Of a DNA stretch of 64,000 bases, positions 1-17,100 are shown piece after piece. This DNA is from Rhizophagus irregularis (Eukaryota). The stretch is from positions 2,666,001 to 2,730,000 of the forward strand of contig NC_089431.1 in assembly GCF_026210795.1 (NCBI RefSeq), in the 5' to 3' direction. The position numbers and the translations under genes are program-made. The notes below the pieces were generated by a model, which was not told where the DNA came from, did not search any database, and was given only the letters and a program-made list of their open reading frames with translations. Position 1 is the first letter of the stretch, and the number at the start of each line of letters is the position of its first letter.

Positions 1-47
1 TTTAAGCACATTAATATTGTTAGTCTAATCTGTATTTGTCGTATAGG

Positions 48-2726
48 TTAAACCTGAAAAGGCAATCGAATATCAGGCCACGTATCTTGAATTATGTCGA
101 TATTTGGACTTGGGTACCGGATTTTACCACACAATCGTTGATAACTTAAAAATTCGTGAAAATATAGATTTAGATCGGATTGGAATCGGTAATTGATAAT
201 TTATTTTTTTTGTTTTTTTCCTTTTTGGTTTGAAAAACTATATCATCATATTAATTTATTTAGAGGTTTTCAAGAATAATGTTAATCCTTCGGCCACAGC
301 ATCACGCTCTGTGTCAAAATATCGCAGAAGAGAACTTACTGCCGAATATATTCAGCGATGTCTCATCCACTTAGGTGACTTTGCTCGTTATCGTGAGACA
401 CTTCTCGATGCAAGTGAAAAACGTTGGGAGTTTTCCAGACAGTTTTACACTAAAGCTGCAAGGGTTTATTGTGAGAACGGTAATAGTCGGATTTTAACTA
501 GATATGATATAAATTATAGCAAATCATATAATAATTTATTTTATTTAATAGGTAAGGCACAGGCACAATTAGCTCTTCTTGCAACATATGGTGACAATGA
601 ATTAGATATTGTTTATTGGTATTGTTTTAGGTAATGCATAATATTTGGAATAAAAGAGTTTTTTTTTTGTGATAACTTTATTTTTGCTTCTTTATTTTTT
701 AGTCTTTCAACAAAACAGCCTCCTAGTATTTCCTCAGAAAATCTAAAGTTCTTTTATTCAAAATTTGCCCAACAAATTAACGAAACTCCAAATGGTATTA
801 AAGATGTGTAAGTGAAAATAGTTTATATATTAAGTTGACAAAATTGACAACAAAATTAAAGTTTTTTCATAGTTTAACTGTTAAGGACTTTGCGAAAAAC
901 TTCATGGTTATTCATCGGTATATTTTTGAAAAAAATGTTGAAAAATTGATGGAAAATGATGATGCTGAAAAAATTGTTTATCGTTTTGATTCATTATTGT
1001 CATCATCCGAATCAAGTCTTCGCGATTTGAGTATAACTCTCAAAAAAGTGATATTTATTCTCATATTTACCATTTGGGACTTGCGTAACGGTTCAGGTAA
1101 GATTAATCTAGGCTGAAGTTCCAAATTATTATAATATGCATTATTTAATTTTCATTTTTATTATAGTGCAAAGTCGAATTCGAAATTTGCAAGCTTTAGC
1201 AATTGGATTGGCATTTGGCTTTTTAATTCCGGTTTTTGAGAAGATAAATTCTTTGAACTCTGAAGACGAAGAGAAAAACTATACATTATTCTTACCTATT
1301 GTTATTTTATGGTGCGAATATTTGGGGACATTGACTGATCTTTTGAGTCAGTTGTGTAAATCAGCTGATAAAGAAAATATGAAGATTTCCAGAATGTTTT
1401 TAATGGTATGTTACTATTTATTCCATTTAATACTATAAATATTAGTTATTAACAATATTTTCGTTTTGAAATTCAGAATTTGAAAGCTTTCTTCAAATCA
1501 TTTGTCGATTTCATAAACCATTCAAAATTTTCTAATTTATTGTCTACAAATGATGATTTTCATGAAGTAGCTAAACGTGCTATTTCAGAAGATAACGAAT
1601 TTTTGGGAATAATTCCACTGCGGGTAGTTCATCAGGATATTAACTTTAATATTTTCGGTAATGTTGACATGCTTAAGGTTAGGTTTGCTAGATTAATTAT
1701 TTTTGGTAAGAAAATTTCCGAAACTAGGGTGAGTATATAAAGACATGCAAGAAATTGTATTACTATCTACATATTTAACGCTTTTATTATTTAGTCATTG
1801 GATTTATTAGAATACAATGAATCTACAAGTCAATTCATAATGATTGATGAGGATTTAAAGGTACTGAAGACTTTTGTAAAAAGTTATGTTAAGAAAATAT
1901 GTTTACTTATAACATAATTCTATAGAAAAAAAATCGACAGCGTGTTATGAAATTAATGGCACAACAACATTTGCTATATCAAGTGAATGATTTGGAAGAT
2001 AAAGTTAAGAATATTAAACCTCATCAGTTACAGCAAACTTCACTTGTTGCTTCAAAGGATTCAAATGCAATACCGCCCAAACACTGTGTAGTTGATATTA
2101 CTATTTTCTTAAATCATTTAAATTCTGTTAAGAAATGGATAGCGGACGCAAAATGTATTGTTATTGTACCATTGGAAGGTAAAAAAAAAAATTCATTATT
2201 TTATTTTTTGTTTTAGCATTTAATTATTTCGAGTAACTAAATTCGATAATTACCCATAATAGTTATTGATTATTTGGATATAATCAAAAAAGGAAATGAT
2301 AAAGAAAATATACGTGCAAGAGAAGCCATCCGTTTTCTAGATCAACAATTTCACAAACGGCAACAACAGAGCGAAAAGGAGAATGAGCTTTTCATTCGTG
2401 CCCAGCGAACAAATGAAAAGTTACCACAATGGAATTGCTCAGAGGATTATCTTATTGAAGAAATTGATAGTTCCGAGGATGTTATTTATAAAGACCATAA
2501 AGATAATGAAGAAGGATCAAAAAGTTCTGATGAGTTCAATTATTTAAAAGAGAAAAAATTTGATATCATGGTCATACCACAAAAGTATCGTCCACTTATG
2601 AGTTGTTGGCTATATTATGCTTACGTGGCGAAAATGAATGAGATTTTATTTGTATCGGAAGATCAAGAATTAAAAAAATATGCAAAAATGTTTGGTATTT
2701 CCGTTGTAGGTGTTGAACTTATTTAA
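48..2726 (+). CDS. Est1/SMG5-7 family protein with Est1-type helical region and C-terminal PIN domain; multi-exon, 5' end outside window
   Basis: Motifs RCLIHLGDFARYRE and GKAQAQLALLATY..ELDIVYWY (Est1/SMG TPR-like). C-terminal HCVVDITIF..IVIVPLE/VIDYLDIIKKG..RAREAIRFL is PIN-like. ORF pieces are joined by GT-AG introns. Confidence 0.85.
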
Positions 2727-2816
2727 TGTTATAGACAAGATAATTAACTATTTCAGATTAATCGCGAATCTTTACATTCGATGATACGATGTAAGTCTAA
2801 ATACTCTATTTTTGTT

Positions 2817-4102
2817 CTATTTAGCTCTTCTTTCAATACCATCTTTTAAAATTTTCTCAAACTTTTGCAATCGCGTAATTGCTTCTAATCCAGGTTCACC
2901 TCGATTGTTAATTATGTTCGGATTTACCGCACTATTTGTTATATCATTTCCATTTGATGATGTATTGTTATTGACTGAGTTATGTTGATCTATGGTACAT
3001 GGAAGGTGAGATACAATTTCTTCATATGATTTTTGTATAGTTTCAAAGTCTTGAAGACTCTAAATGTATTTTGTCAAAAAACAAGCGCTTTATAAAAAAA
3101 TACTTCATAAGATATTAGATTAAATAAAAAAAATATTGAATATTATTTACTTTGCGTATTTTACATAGTCTTTTATTTGCTTCTTGCACTCGATGTCCTA
3201 GACCTAAAATTATCAAGATAAATTAAGATAATGCAAAAATAAAGGAGTAACAAAGCAGTAAATTACCCTCGACGATCTTATCTCCGTCACGCTTAATGTA
3301 ATCCTTTTTAATCCACGGAGAAATTTCGTTATCGTAGATTTCATTAAACCTTTTAAACTTGGATGACAGATCACTAGCAATTACAGAAAGGTCTTCATGA
3401 GTTTGATCATTCACATCTGGTTCATCTAAATATAAGCATGCTTCTTGTTCTTGAATACAATTGGATTCTGCATTAAGGGCTTGTAATTCTTGAATTTTCT
3501 TTCCTTTCATTGACTGAAGTGTAGAGAGATCAAGTTTGCGTTTATCACTCTCTACAGCTTTTTCTTTTCCGATCATTAACAATACATCTCTCGGAAACAA
3601 AACAAATTCTTTTGAAACAATTTTATTAACTAAATCACATTCTTTAGATATGGAATCAATTAAATAACATGATTTTTTGAAATCGTCCGGTTTTCTATAT
3701 CAATGTGAAACACATCAATTCAAATTAAAAAAAAAAACGCGTAAAAAAACTATCAATTTAAACCAGGAAAAAAAGGAATTACATCGAATTTGGTATCTTG
3801 AAAGTATCATCTAGAATAATTCGAGAAGTTTTCAAGATGTTTAATAAATTGAAATAGAAATTTATTAATCGAAAATGAGGTGCTGTCGCCTATCAAGAAT
3901 TGATTAATATCATATAATTGGTGTTCGGAAGGTATAGAAAATTATACATACGTCAATTAAATCTGTGTCGGTTATTTTACATATTCCTAATGAAGCTACA
4001 GTTTGAGTTAAACCTGTAAAAAAAAGTGATCGAAAATTAGGTACCTACTTGTAAAATTTAAAAACTAATAAAAATACCACAAACTTTGTAAGCGCAATTC
4101 AT
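2817..4102 (-). CDS. HAUS7: HAUS augmin-like complex subunit 7 (AUG7)-like protein, multi-exon
   Basis: Spliced reading MNCAYKVC...LIDSISKECDLVNKIVSKEFVLFPRDV...FNEIYDNEISPW...GLGHRV...ERRAK*. The LIDSI..LFPxDV and FNxIYxxEIxPW motifs resemble plant AUG7 as recalled. Confidence 0.55.
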
Positions 4103-5699
4103 TATTTTGTGGAAATATTCTTACTAAACGATAATCAATTCTTTCAGAAAAAAAAGAAAAGAAAATTAATAACCTAAAGTATAAGTAAGAAACTGAAACT
4201 TCTTTAATTTACTTTAGCAAAACCCATTCAATAAAATCACAAGCAATTTTTTGATCATTAAGAACTTGATGAAATGTAAATGGTGAATTAATTTCAAAGA
4301 ATTTTTGTGAAATTTCTTCTAATTGTTGATTCATCATTTACGGAATGACTAAGTAACGTACCGCGTTTATTTTCGCGTGTTCTTTGATCGGCCTACTGAT
4401 TTTTTATCATATTATAACAGTTCTAACCAAATTTGTACAATTACCTCAATGTTTTAAAAACCAGAAAATTTTCCGATGTGGCGATGATTACACTTGATAA
4501 TTCTAGAGCAATTTATATGTTTATTTATTTTTATTTGATTCTACTTAATTTTATAATTCTTCTTGATACCAAATTCGTAAGTCGTAACGCATTATTGAAA
4601 TTCAAATTACATAATCCCATTACAATTCTGTTTATAAGAAAACCCCTTTTTAGAAACATAACTGATAATAAGGAAATAATAGAATAAATAATAAAGAGTA
4701 TTAGGATTTTTAAAGTTATTATACTTATAAATAATTATTTTATTAGTAATAATACATTTATTATCATAAATGCAGTAGAATTAATAATTTAACATCAGAT
4801 ATAATATACTACTTAAAGCCAGTCCCAAATTTCAAATTCCAAATTCCAATTCAAAATTCCAAATTATATTGTATTTTGCCAATATGTATAGCATCAAATA
4901 ATTAGGCTCATTATCTATTTCACAAAAATCCATTAATTCCTTTAATTTTTAATTATTTAAACTGCCATTTTATTAGATTTATGATTTTCATAGCAAATCA
5001 TTTCATAAATTATAGCTGCTACAAATTTGCTTTCTCTTTCTTTTGCATAACTTCATTTTGAGATTCAAATAAAATGTATCATATACAGTATATAGTAGTT
5101 ATTGACCAAACTGTGAAGTGATTTTTTAACTATTATTACCCAATAACTGTGTTATTCTATATAAAAAGCATAGTAAACAATAGTATTTTACCTTAAAAAT
5201 TAATATTTGTGATATTTAATCTAAATGGTGTAAATGTGTTAAAAATATTAATTAATGAATTATAAAATTAATTTTAATAAATTATAATAATTATCCATGT
5301 ATTATTATAAAAATCATTTTTAGAATAAAAATTTGATTTTCTTTTCCACAAAATTAAGTATGGCCGATAATTAATTTGGACCAATAAGCGTAATGAATCA
5401 CGTGGAATGGAAAAAAGGTAAACTCCACAAAATTTTTCGTGTAATTGCTTCGGTATATGTTCTTCTTTTGCTGCGTCCTGTACGAACACCACGAATTTTG
5501 ATTTTTGATTTTTATTTTTTTATATCAAGCGTTGCATGTTGTGTCATTAGATAAAATTATCAAAAAGACAAAGTCCACGTGTTCTTTAGTTCAAGGATAA
5601 TTTTAATTGCATTTGAAAATTAGCAAAATTACATATAAATTCTTTGTAAATTTGAATCATGTATTCTTGTACTCTTATAGGCTAATTACAAAATTGCTT

Positions 5700-6300
5700 A
5701 ATTTAAAAACTTTTTATTCCACATATAGTGGATGTTCCATTTATTATATGAAACCTAGGAAATAATTATTACGGTTCGAGATGAATTTGAATAAAGCTTG
5801 TCAAGCTCTGGATTGAGTGTGATGACATACGTATAACATATATACTGGTAAAAATTCATCTGGAATGTGGCAAACTTCATTAAAAAAGTCAAAGAAAGAT
5901 GAAATATATTATTTATTCATTGACTGGGCAGCCAAGACAAACCAATGACATAAAGAAAGTTAATTAATGTAGTATTTGATATTGATATTTGCCGATATGT
6001 CATAATCACTCGTCTTCAATTTTCTCATTCAATTTTAAAATTTTTTATTTGACATGATTTAGTTGATTTACGCCATTTACCTTGTTCGTATAATAGAAAA
6101 AATTGACGAATTTTGGCTAATGTCTTTAGCACTTTTCGTCTCCCATCTGGACCTACTAACCCTACTAAATCAATTGACTTCTTTTCGGTAAACAGCATAT
6201 CAAACAATCAGTTCAAACCTCTATTCTGCTGAAATGAAAAGTTCCTTTAATGACTATTCTACATAGAGGAAGTTTCTATGTTTTGATAGGTACAAACTTT
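5700..6300 (-). pseudogene. Degenerate coding remnant of unknown family
   Basis: Short ORF 6025-6207 with adjoining stop-interrupted protein-like frames; no intact gene model. Confidence 0.25.
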
Positions 6301-6726
6301 CAGTAACAGTACTTTTCTATAATAATTCATAATATCTTTAAGGCTATGCATTAGAAGTAGATTGTCCACCAAAGTGTCAGGTTTAGAATTTTTCGTGCCT
6401 GTTGCTACTTTTTCATACGTCACACATTTCGAAACTGGCTAACATTACAAGATATTAAAATAATTATAGACGCACGTTAGTTAAGTCAAGCATTGAGCCA
6501 GGCACATTGAACAATGCCCAATAATATATTAATATTATTATCGAAGTGAATTTAATTTGTTCGAGAATTCCACAAAATAAAATAAACTACTATATATTAT
6601 CATTTATTTGTTTTTTTTTATTAAGTAAAATGATTGGACCCTTGCAGTGGACATATATGGTTTGACTTGTTACAATTGTTACAACAACACCACCTATCTG
6701 CTACATACTTATAAATTATTGAGAAT

Positions 6727-6786
6727 TCTCATTTGTATTGTTTAGACCTCATTTGTATTGTTTAGAATCCTCATTTGTATTGTTTC
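6727..6786. repeat. Three tandem copies of a ~20-bp unit CTCATTTGTATTGTTT
   Basis: Copies seen directly at ~6728, ~6748 and ~6770. Confidence 0.85.
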
Positions 6787-7607
6787 CTTTTATTGTAATT
6801 TTATAATTTTCTCTTAATTTACTTTTTAATGACTCGTTAACTGTTAAAGGCTTAATGGACAACTGTGCCACGTTACTTTTATTTTTCGGATTCTCAAAAT
6901 TCTACTAGAACATATGTAGCTAGCTGTTTGAAACATTTATGAAACCTCTAGTGTTTCAGTACATTGTATAAATTAATATTAAATATTTAAATTTTTTGTT
7001 TTCAATTGGACATGCTGCATTCGGATAATTTACATAATTCTTTCTTCGAATGATTCATCAATCTTCATTTGCACGACTTTGTAAATCTTTGTAATGAGAT
7101 CGACTTTCTTTGTATGTAACAACATGGCAATGATGCAAAATTTTGTGTAACATATAATAAAAGCAAATTAAATTTACCATTTCAGCTAACAAAAGAACAA
7201 AAGGAATTTCAAATAAGGCCGCAGTTTACGCCCAAATGTCAAGGCGCAGCATTAAGTTTTTCCGGCTCATTTCCGTGAATCGAAAGGCCGATGACAAATA
7301 CAAGGGATTTTGTGGCGTATTGAAGCTTTAAAGAGTAAGAATCATGACGGTGCATGACGAAAGTGTCTTAGATGCTTTGCTGATCCATACGTTTTTTATA
7401 ATAAACTGAAATTTTTTTTTTTGTCTATTAAAAGATTTGTGCGCAGAATACAAAATTTATTTTTAGATATTATACCCTGGTCCTTTGAGATTTCAGGTTC
7501 AAAAAAAAAAAATTTTTTCTTGTGTTTATATTTTTTTAAAAAAAATAAAATATTATTTCTCTGTCGATTTACGACTATTTTTTTAATAAAGAAAAAAAAC
7601 TACAATT

Positions 7608-10395
<2,788 letters not shown>

Positions 10396-11600
10396 TATCC
10401 ACCTTCTAAGAGAAAGGAAAACCGGGAGCTAATGAGGAAATGCGGAAACAGCTATAGAAATGTTTATGATGAGTATGATTTTCGGGGTGTGGTTATACCA
10501 ATCGTGAAGTATAAGATTGTGATTATTGCATGCATTTATTTGAAATGAGAGATATATTCAAGAAATTTTGGCTGGACTTAATTGCAATTTCTTTGTTCTA
10601 TAAATTATGATAGACGTCATCATTATTTTATTATATGTAAATGGACATTAATTTTTTATTATTATTATTATTATTTTATTTTATTTTATTTTATTTTTGG
10701 TTTACCCTCACCCCTTATTACTATTCGCTAATGTTAATTAATGAAATACCTTATAAAATATTCCGTATTTTCTTTACATATACATATATTATTTTTTTTT
10801 TAAAACAAAATTTTTCACAAGTATTCATTGTAAAACTCTGGTATATATATAGAAGCAAAAATGAACAATTTTATATTCTTTTTTATTCATTTAAATCATA
10901 GCTATCAATATATTTAAAAATTTGTAGATTTTTCATAATAATTTTTTTTCTTTTTTTTGGTTATTATTTCTGTATTTTGTGATATCATTACTACTTTTTT
11001 TTAAACGTATTTCTCAAAAAAAAAAAAAATATTAAACTTGTATTATATATGCCAGGGACCGCTTCTTTATCATATATATTTTTATTTTAGGTATCATTCC
11101 TTATATATTTTTTTCACTATTAATATACTTATTTTTCTGTTAAAAGTGCCTTTGCTTTTTTAAAAAAATTTTATTAAATAAAAATAAAATAACTACAAAA
11201 AATCAAAAAATATATTCGCGTGATTTTATCTTTAGTTGGTATATATGAATTGCAGTGTGTAAAGGTGATCGTAATATGCAATCCGCTAAGGTAAAAATAG
11301 AGAACATTTGGGGTGATGGAGAAGTTAAAAATCATGTTGTTTATTCATTAGCCTTAAAACAACCTCTTTGTGCTTATAGGGAGCAGAGAAAAATAATACA
11401 GAGTCAAGTTATAAAAAGATGGTAAGATTGGTGTTTATCGTGTTTATTATATACCACAATGCTGTATAAATCTTTAATGGAATTATATTATTACAATATT
11501 ATAAATAACAGAAAAATTATATTATTGAATATATAATCTTTTTATAAACTACTCGTGATCTGATTCGAATCTGATTAAATCTGATCCCAGTATTTCAAGT

Positions 11601-13949
11601 CTATAAATCATACGCCAGAAGACGTACTTTCCATAGCTTCTCTACTCTTGAAATCTAATATTTTAACAAATAAATCATTAAACAGATAGATAAATACATA
11701 TTGAAAATCCGATTATTCGATCACTTACAAATTGAGGAAAATTTGGATCTTTTAATATCTCTAGAATCCAATCTTGAAGTTCATCGTCGTCTTCAGGTAA
11801 TGGAATATGTTGTCTCTGAATTAAATTATTGTTTAAGGGTTGGATTGTGGATAATGGTCGATTTCGTAAATGTTGAAATCCCTCCTGTGTTAAATGCGGC
11901 GAAATTTGTTTAGCTGACGAGTAGGTATTTTGTGTTGAATGTGATAAAAGAGTAGAGGGTTGATCCGAGTTTGTGGGTTGTAAATGAACTTGAGATGCAA
12001 TAGATTGTGCAAATTGTGATTGATTAATTAGGTTCGGTTGGGATTTTGCTTGTATATGAGAACTCGGAACTCGCGTCGGTTGAAAATCGAATTCAAACCC
12101 ATTATCATCTTCATTTATAGTTAAGTCGATAAAATAAGGCTCTTTTTTATGTAACGTAGGAGAAATATCCATTTGCTCTTGTTTTATCTTCACTTGCTGG
12201 ACTGCTACTGAATTAGTGGTTATTTGATTTTGTGTACATGGTAATTGTAAATTTGGCATATTCTGTAATATATTTTTCTGCGGATTGGAGAATGACCCAA
12301 ATCGTGACTGTGTACTATTTGTCACTTTTCGATTATTAGGAGACATGGATTGATGACTTGATTGAAAAGTCATGTTTACATTGTCTGTATGAGATGATCC
12401 CATGCTCGCATTATCCGTAATACTCGAATTATTTTGGGTAATATTTGTTTCGTTCTTTTCAACATTTTCTTGTTCATTAAACGTTCGTTGTGAATTTTCG
12501 ATATTAATATTATGATGAGTTGTCTGTAAATTTTGCCGCACTCTTGATTCGTTAGTATCCGTCTGAAGTTTTATTTGATATTGTTTTTGATTATATTCGT
12601 TTTGCTGCTGTAGGGAATATGCCTGTTGTTGCGATTGACGCGAAAACTGATCATTTTGAGCCGATAAGGGTGCTTTGTGAGTCTTGTGAGTTGATACTTG
12701 AGGAGGGACCGACATATATCTACTGGGAGTATAAGATGGCTTGTCCGGTTCATTTTGAGTTATATTTGGGTTAATATATATACTTTGATTATTTGTATAT
12801 GAGACTGATTTTTGATTGTGTTCATTTTCCATATATTTAGACGAACGTAAAACGGCACTTGTCATATGCTGATTATTTATGTGTGGCAAAGAATTATTTT
12901 GCGAATTTCTTTGTCGAACTGAAGTGTTGGCTGACTTGATTTGTTGATTTTGATCATGGATTCCATTAGATTGATGCAACTCTACATTATTCATTGAAGA
13001 TCTTGACAAATTATTTTTGTGAACATCTCGAACCTGGTTATTTTGTTGTGAAACAGTAAACTGCTGCATGTTTATATTATTAGTGAAGCTTGATTGTGAA
13101 TCTCGTAATTGAAATTTTGAACGATCTTCATCTATTTGAATCATTGAATTTCGCGTATTATCAGAGAAAGCAGACGTATAAGATGAAGTTGGAGATGCGG
13201 TTGACGAACTATTTTGTGGGCCGATTCTTTGTTGATGTTGTCCCGCTCGAGCATTAACAACTGAAGGCTCCCTCTGTGTTCTTTCTAAATTTACATTATT
13301 ATATGTAACTACACTTGTTCGAAACTGCGAAACACTATTTGTGTTCTCTTGAGTTTGATTACTGATACTCGATTCGCCGTTTAAATTCAATGTTGGATCA
13401 TTCATCCGTCTACAATTTATATATCTCTCAATAATACTTGCGCAAGATTCGAAATCACTGACAGTTTTGAACCTTAATTGAATCTTACGCGTTTCCTGAC
13501 AAATTGGCTAGAAAATACGCGATAAAATATTTATATTTTACTATGCGTTATTCAAAGGAAAATACAATCCATCTATCTCACCATAGCATTATCATCCAAG
13601 ACTGTATAGTTATATCTTATCCCAATTGTAGGACTTTTCAATAATGCCTTGGCTTTCAATGATTCTGCATATCGATAGGATACATTTAAAGATTCCTTGT
13701 TTTATTCTAAATTAGTTAAATATCCTCTTTCAATTATTATAATACTGTAATTTAATAATTTACCAATAACACGGTTTGATCTGACACGACCTTTAAAATA
13801 GGTTCTCCGGCTCCATTATTAATAGTTCCAGCAGGAAACATGTTTTCCAAAATAATGATGCTTGGTTGTGATATATGAGTCCATTGGGGAGCTGATTTAT
13901 TCGAGGTATATTGTCTAGAATATCTTTCAAGTTCATAACGAAAAGGCAT
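11601..13949 (-). CDS. REC114: REC114/Rec7-like meiotic double-strand-break factor, 4 exons
   Basis: N-terminal PH-like region (YELERYSR..W..; IQLRFKTVSDFESC), long N/Q/S-rich linker, and spliced C-terminus LQDWILEILKDPNFPQF|ISRVEKLW, matching the REC114 C-terminal DxxFPxFVxxVE signature. Confidence 0.7.
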
Positions 13950-14195
13950 CGCGAATCGAGTAAATAGATCTGGTGATACTTTAAAGTTTTGATTTAAATT
14001 CTATTTAGACTATTTGCCCAGAATTTACGGCATTAAGAAATCATTTTTTCTCATTTTTCTATTGAGATCACGTGGGTGAAAGCGGTGATACTGGGAAGAT
14101 CCGGTAGTTTGACGGTAACTTTGTTCTGATAAATTTAAAAACATTCTTAGTCACCGGCTACCTTTACATTCACCTCTTTAAAGTCTCCTGAAGCA

Positions 14196-17100
14196 ATGTA
14201 TGATAACGATCAATACTTGGCTACCTTAGCTATCTTCTTAAGACAAACATTAGAACCTGATAAAAGACAACATGGTATGATTTTGCTATTCTCAATGTGC
14301 AAATATTGAAAAAAATTGGTGTTTATCTTATATATTTTAACTTTGCCTGTACAGCTGAGCAGGAACTATTCAAAGCAGAGGCCGAGCAAAAAGACTTTCC
14401 TATTGCTGTTATGCAGTTAGTCACGAGAGAAAGTACCGAACAAAGTGTACGGTTTTCTGCGTCACTACTTTTTAAGAATTATATAAGAAGAAATTGGGTG
14501 CAGGTAAATTTACTATACTCGACGCGTGATTTGTACATTTACTTTCCTTAATATTATTTATTTATTTGTGTAGGAAGAAAATTCAAACTTAACTCCAGAG
14601 ATAAGAATGGCGATTAAAGAAAGTTTGGTTGATATTTTGATATCCGTACCGTCAAATATACAACTTCAACTAAGTGAAGCTGTATCTTTAATTGCTGAAA
14701 ACGATTTCCCTGATCAATGGCCACACTTGATCTCGGTACTATATTGATTCTTGTAAAATGTGATATTATTTATTTGATTGACTTAATATTTTTTTTTTTG
14801 GTACAGCAATTAACTAGTAAATTTAGTTCGGGAGACTTTGCCAGAAATAATGCTGTTTTGCAAACTGCTCATTCAATATTTAAAAGGTAATATAATAATA
14901 TGTTTGCATGCTAATTAAGTTCTTCGATACACTGATATTTAAGATCACGATTTAAATAATTACAAATTAGGTATAAGTCAGAATTCCGAACTGATCCGTT
15001 ATATAATGAAATCAACTTTGTCCTAGATCAATTTGTTCATCCCTATTGGCAACTTTTACAGGTATATTTATACGATTATTATAAAATTGATTAAAAATAC
15101 TTATAATTAAATTAATTTTAGGCGACTGATGCGCTTATTACACAATATGCCAACGATAAATCTCAACTCCAAACTCTTTCACAAACTTTGCTTCTTCTAT
15201 TAAAACTCTTCTATGATCTTAATTGGCAAGATCTCCCTCCATTTTTTGAAGATAATAAAGACGAATGCATGTCATTTTTGCATAAATATTTAACTTATAA
15301 TAATCCTCTTTTGGATTCCATGGTAATCATTATTAGTTATCTAAGTTATCGATTTAGCATTAATAAATTGGTACTTATTGTGTTCAATTCGTTTAAAGAG
15401 TGAAGATGAAGCTGGTCCTTTGGAAAAAGTCAAGTCTATTATATGTGAAATTTGTGCGTTATATGCTACAAAATATGAGGAAGTATTTACAATGCTGCAG
15501 ACGTTTGTGGAAACTGTGTGGACACTTTTAACAACCACAGGCCTTGAATCAAAGTATGATATTGTGAGTAAAAAGTTATTTTAATTTCACATTTATATTT
15601 AGAACAATTTGCGTTTGATTCTTACTATATTATTATTCAATTTTATAGCTTGTCAGTAAAGCTATGGCTTTTTTGTCTAAAGTCGTCAAATTGGAACGTT
15701 ACAGCAGTCTTTTTGCGAAACAAGAAATACTTACTCAATTTTGCGAAAAGATTATTTTACCAAACATGTATTACAGACGTAAGTTGCGCAACAATTAATC
15801 TTGTCTAGGATTGTAATATGATACTTGATTAATATCTTTTCTTATAGCTATCGATGAAGAATTATTTGAATACGATCCTATTGAATTCATTAGAAGAGAT
15901 TTGGAGGGTTCAGGTAATTAAAAGGTTAAAAAGTTCACCATGTGAGAATATAGTCACCTGATCCACAACGTGTTTTTTAGATAGTGATACTCGAAGACGA
16001 TCTGCTTCTGATTTTGTCCGTAGTTTGATGACATATTTCCAAAAAGACATAACGACCATCATTTGGACATATATCAATCAATATTTACAGGTTGGATTTC
16101 TATATCTTTATAACAGAATTATAAATTTTAAATTTTCTAATTTATTTATGTCGTATACGTTAGCGTTATACCGAAAATCCACGTAATTGGAAAGATAAAG
16201 ATGCAGCAATTTATCTTTTAACTTCGATAGCTGCTCCAGGGTCTACAACAAAAGTAGGTGCTCATTGAAATCCAACAAGATTGAAGATCATTTTAAGTAA
16301 CAGGAGGAACTTTGTGTTAGTTTTTGCAAGCTTGTTCAGAATGATTTTAATAAGTAAACAAGATAAATAAGAGTGAATTTTGACTTATCGTTGATCTTAA
16401 CAGCACGGTGTCACAACGACCAATGAGTTTGTAGATGTTGTCGAGTTTTTTTCTAAAAACATGTTACCGGATTTACAAACAGCAGTTGATAGTGGCCAAC
16501 CAGTATTGAAAGTAGATAGTATAAAATATGTGTATACTTTCCGCAATCAGGTAAATTAAAATCGGTTAATTCGGTTGGGTTTATTCTTTTACTAAATTAT
16601 TCAACTGTTCTAATATATAGATGACCAAACAACAATTAATTTCCGTGTTTCCGCTTTTGGTCAAACATTTGTCATCATCTAATTATGTTGTTCATACATA
16701 TTCTGCAATTGCAATTGAAAGACTTACATTCAGATTCACTAAGGCTGATATCAAGCCATACACTCAAGAATTACTTATTAACCTGTTTAGATTAATCGAG
16801 GCTGGTACAACTCCTGAAACGTTAGCTGAAAATGATTACCTTATGAAAGGTATTTATATAATTATTTAAAAGTGAAACTAATGAAAATTACCTAATTAAC
16901 GTCCTTTATATTTGATTGTCAATAGCCGTCATGCGTGTAATTTTTACTAGCCATGATGACGTGGCACCATACGTTACAGACATTATGAATCATTTAAATA
17001 AAATTTTAAATGAAATTAGTAAGAATCCGAGTAATCCGCGTTTTAACCATTGTGTTTTTGAATCAATTGGTGCTCTGGTGAGGTGAGTAAGAACGACAAC

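Noticed and set aside
10641..10901. Hydrophobic 86-aa ORF after DED1
   Set aside because: Arises from TTA/TTTTA microsatellites in the 3' region.
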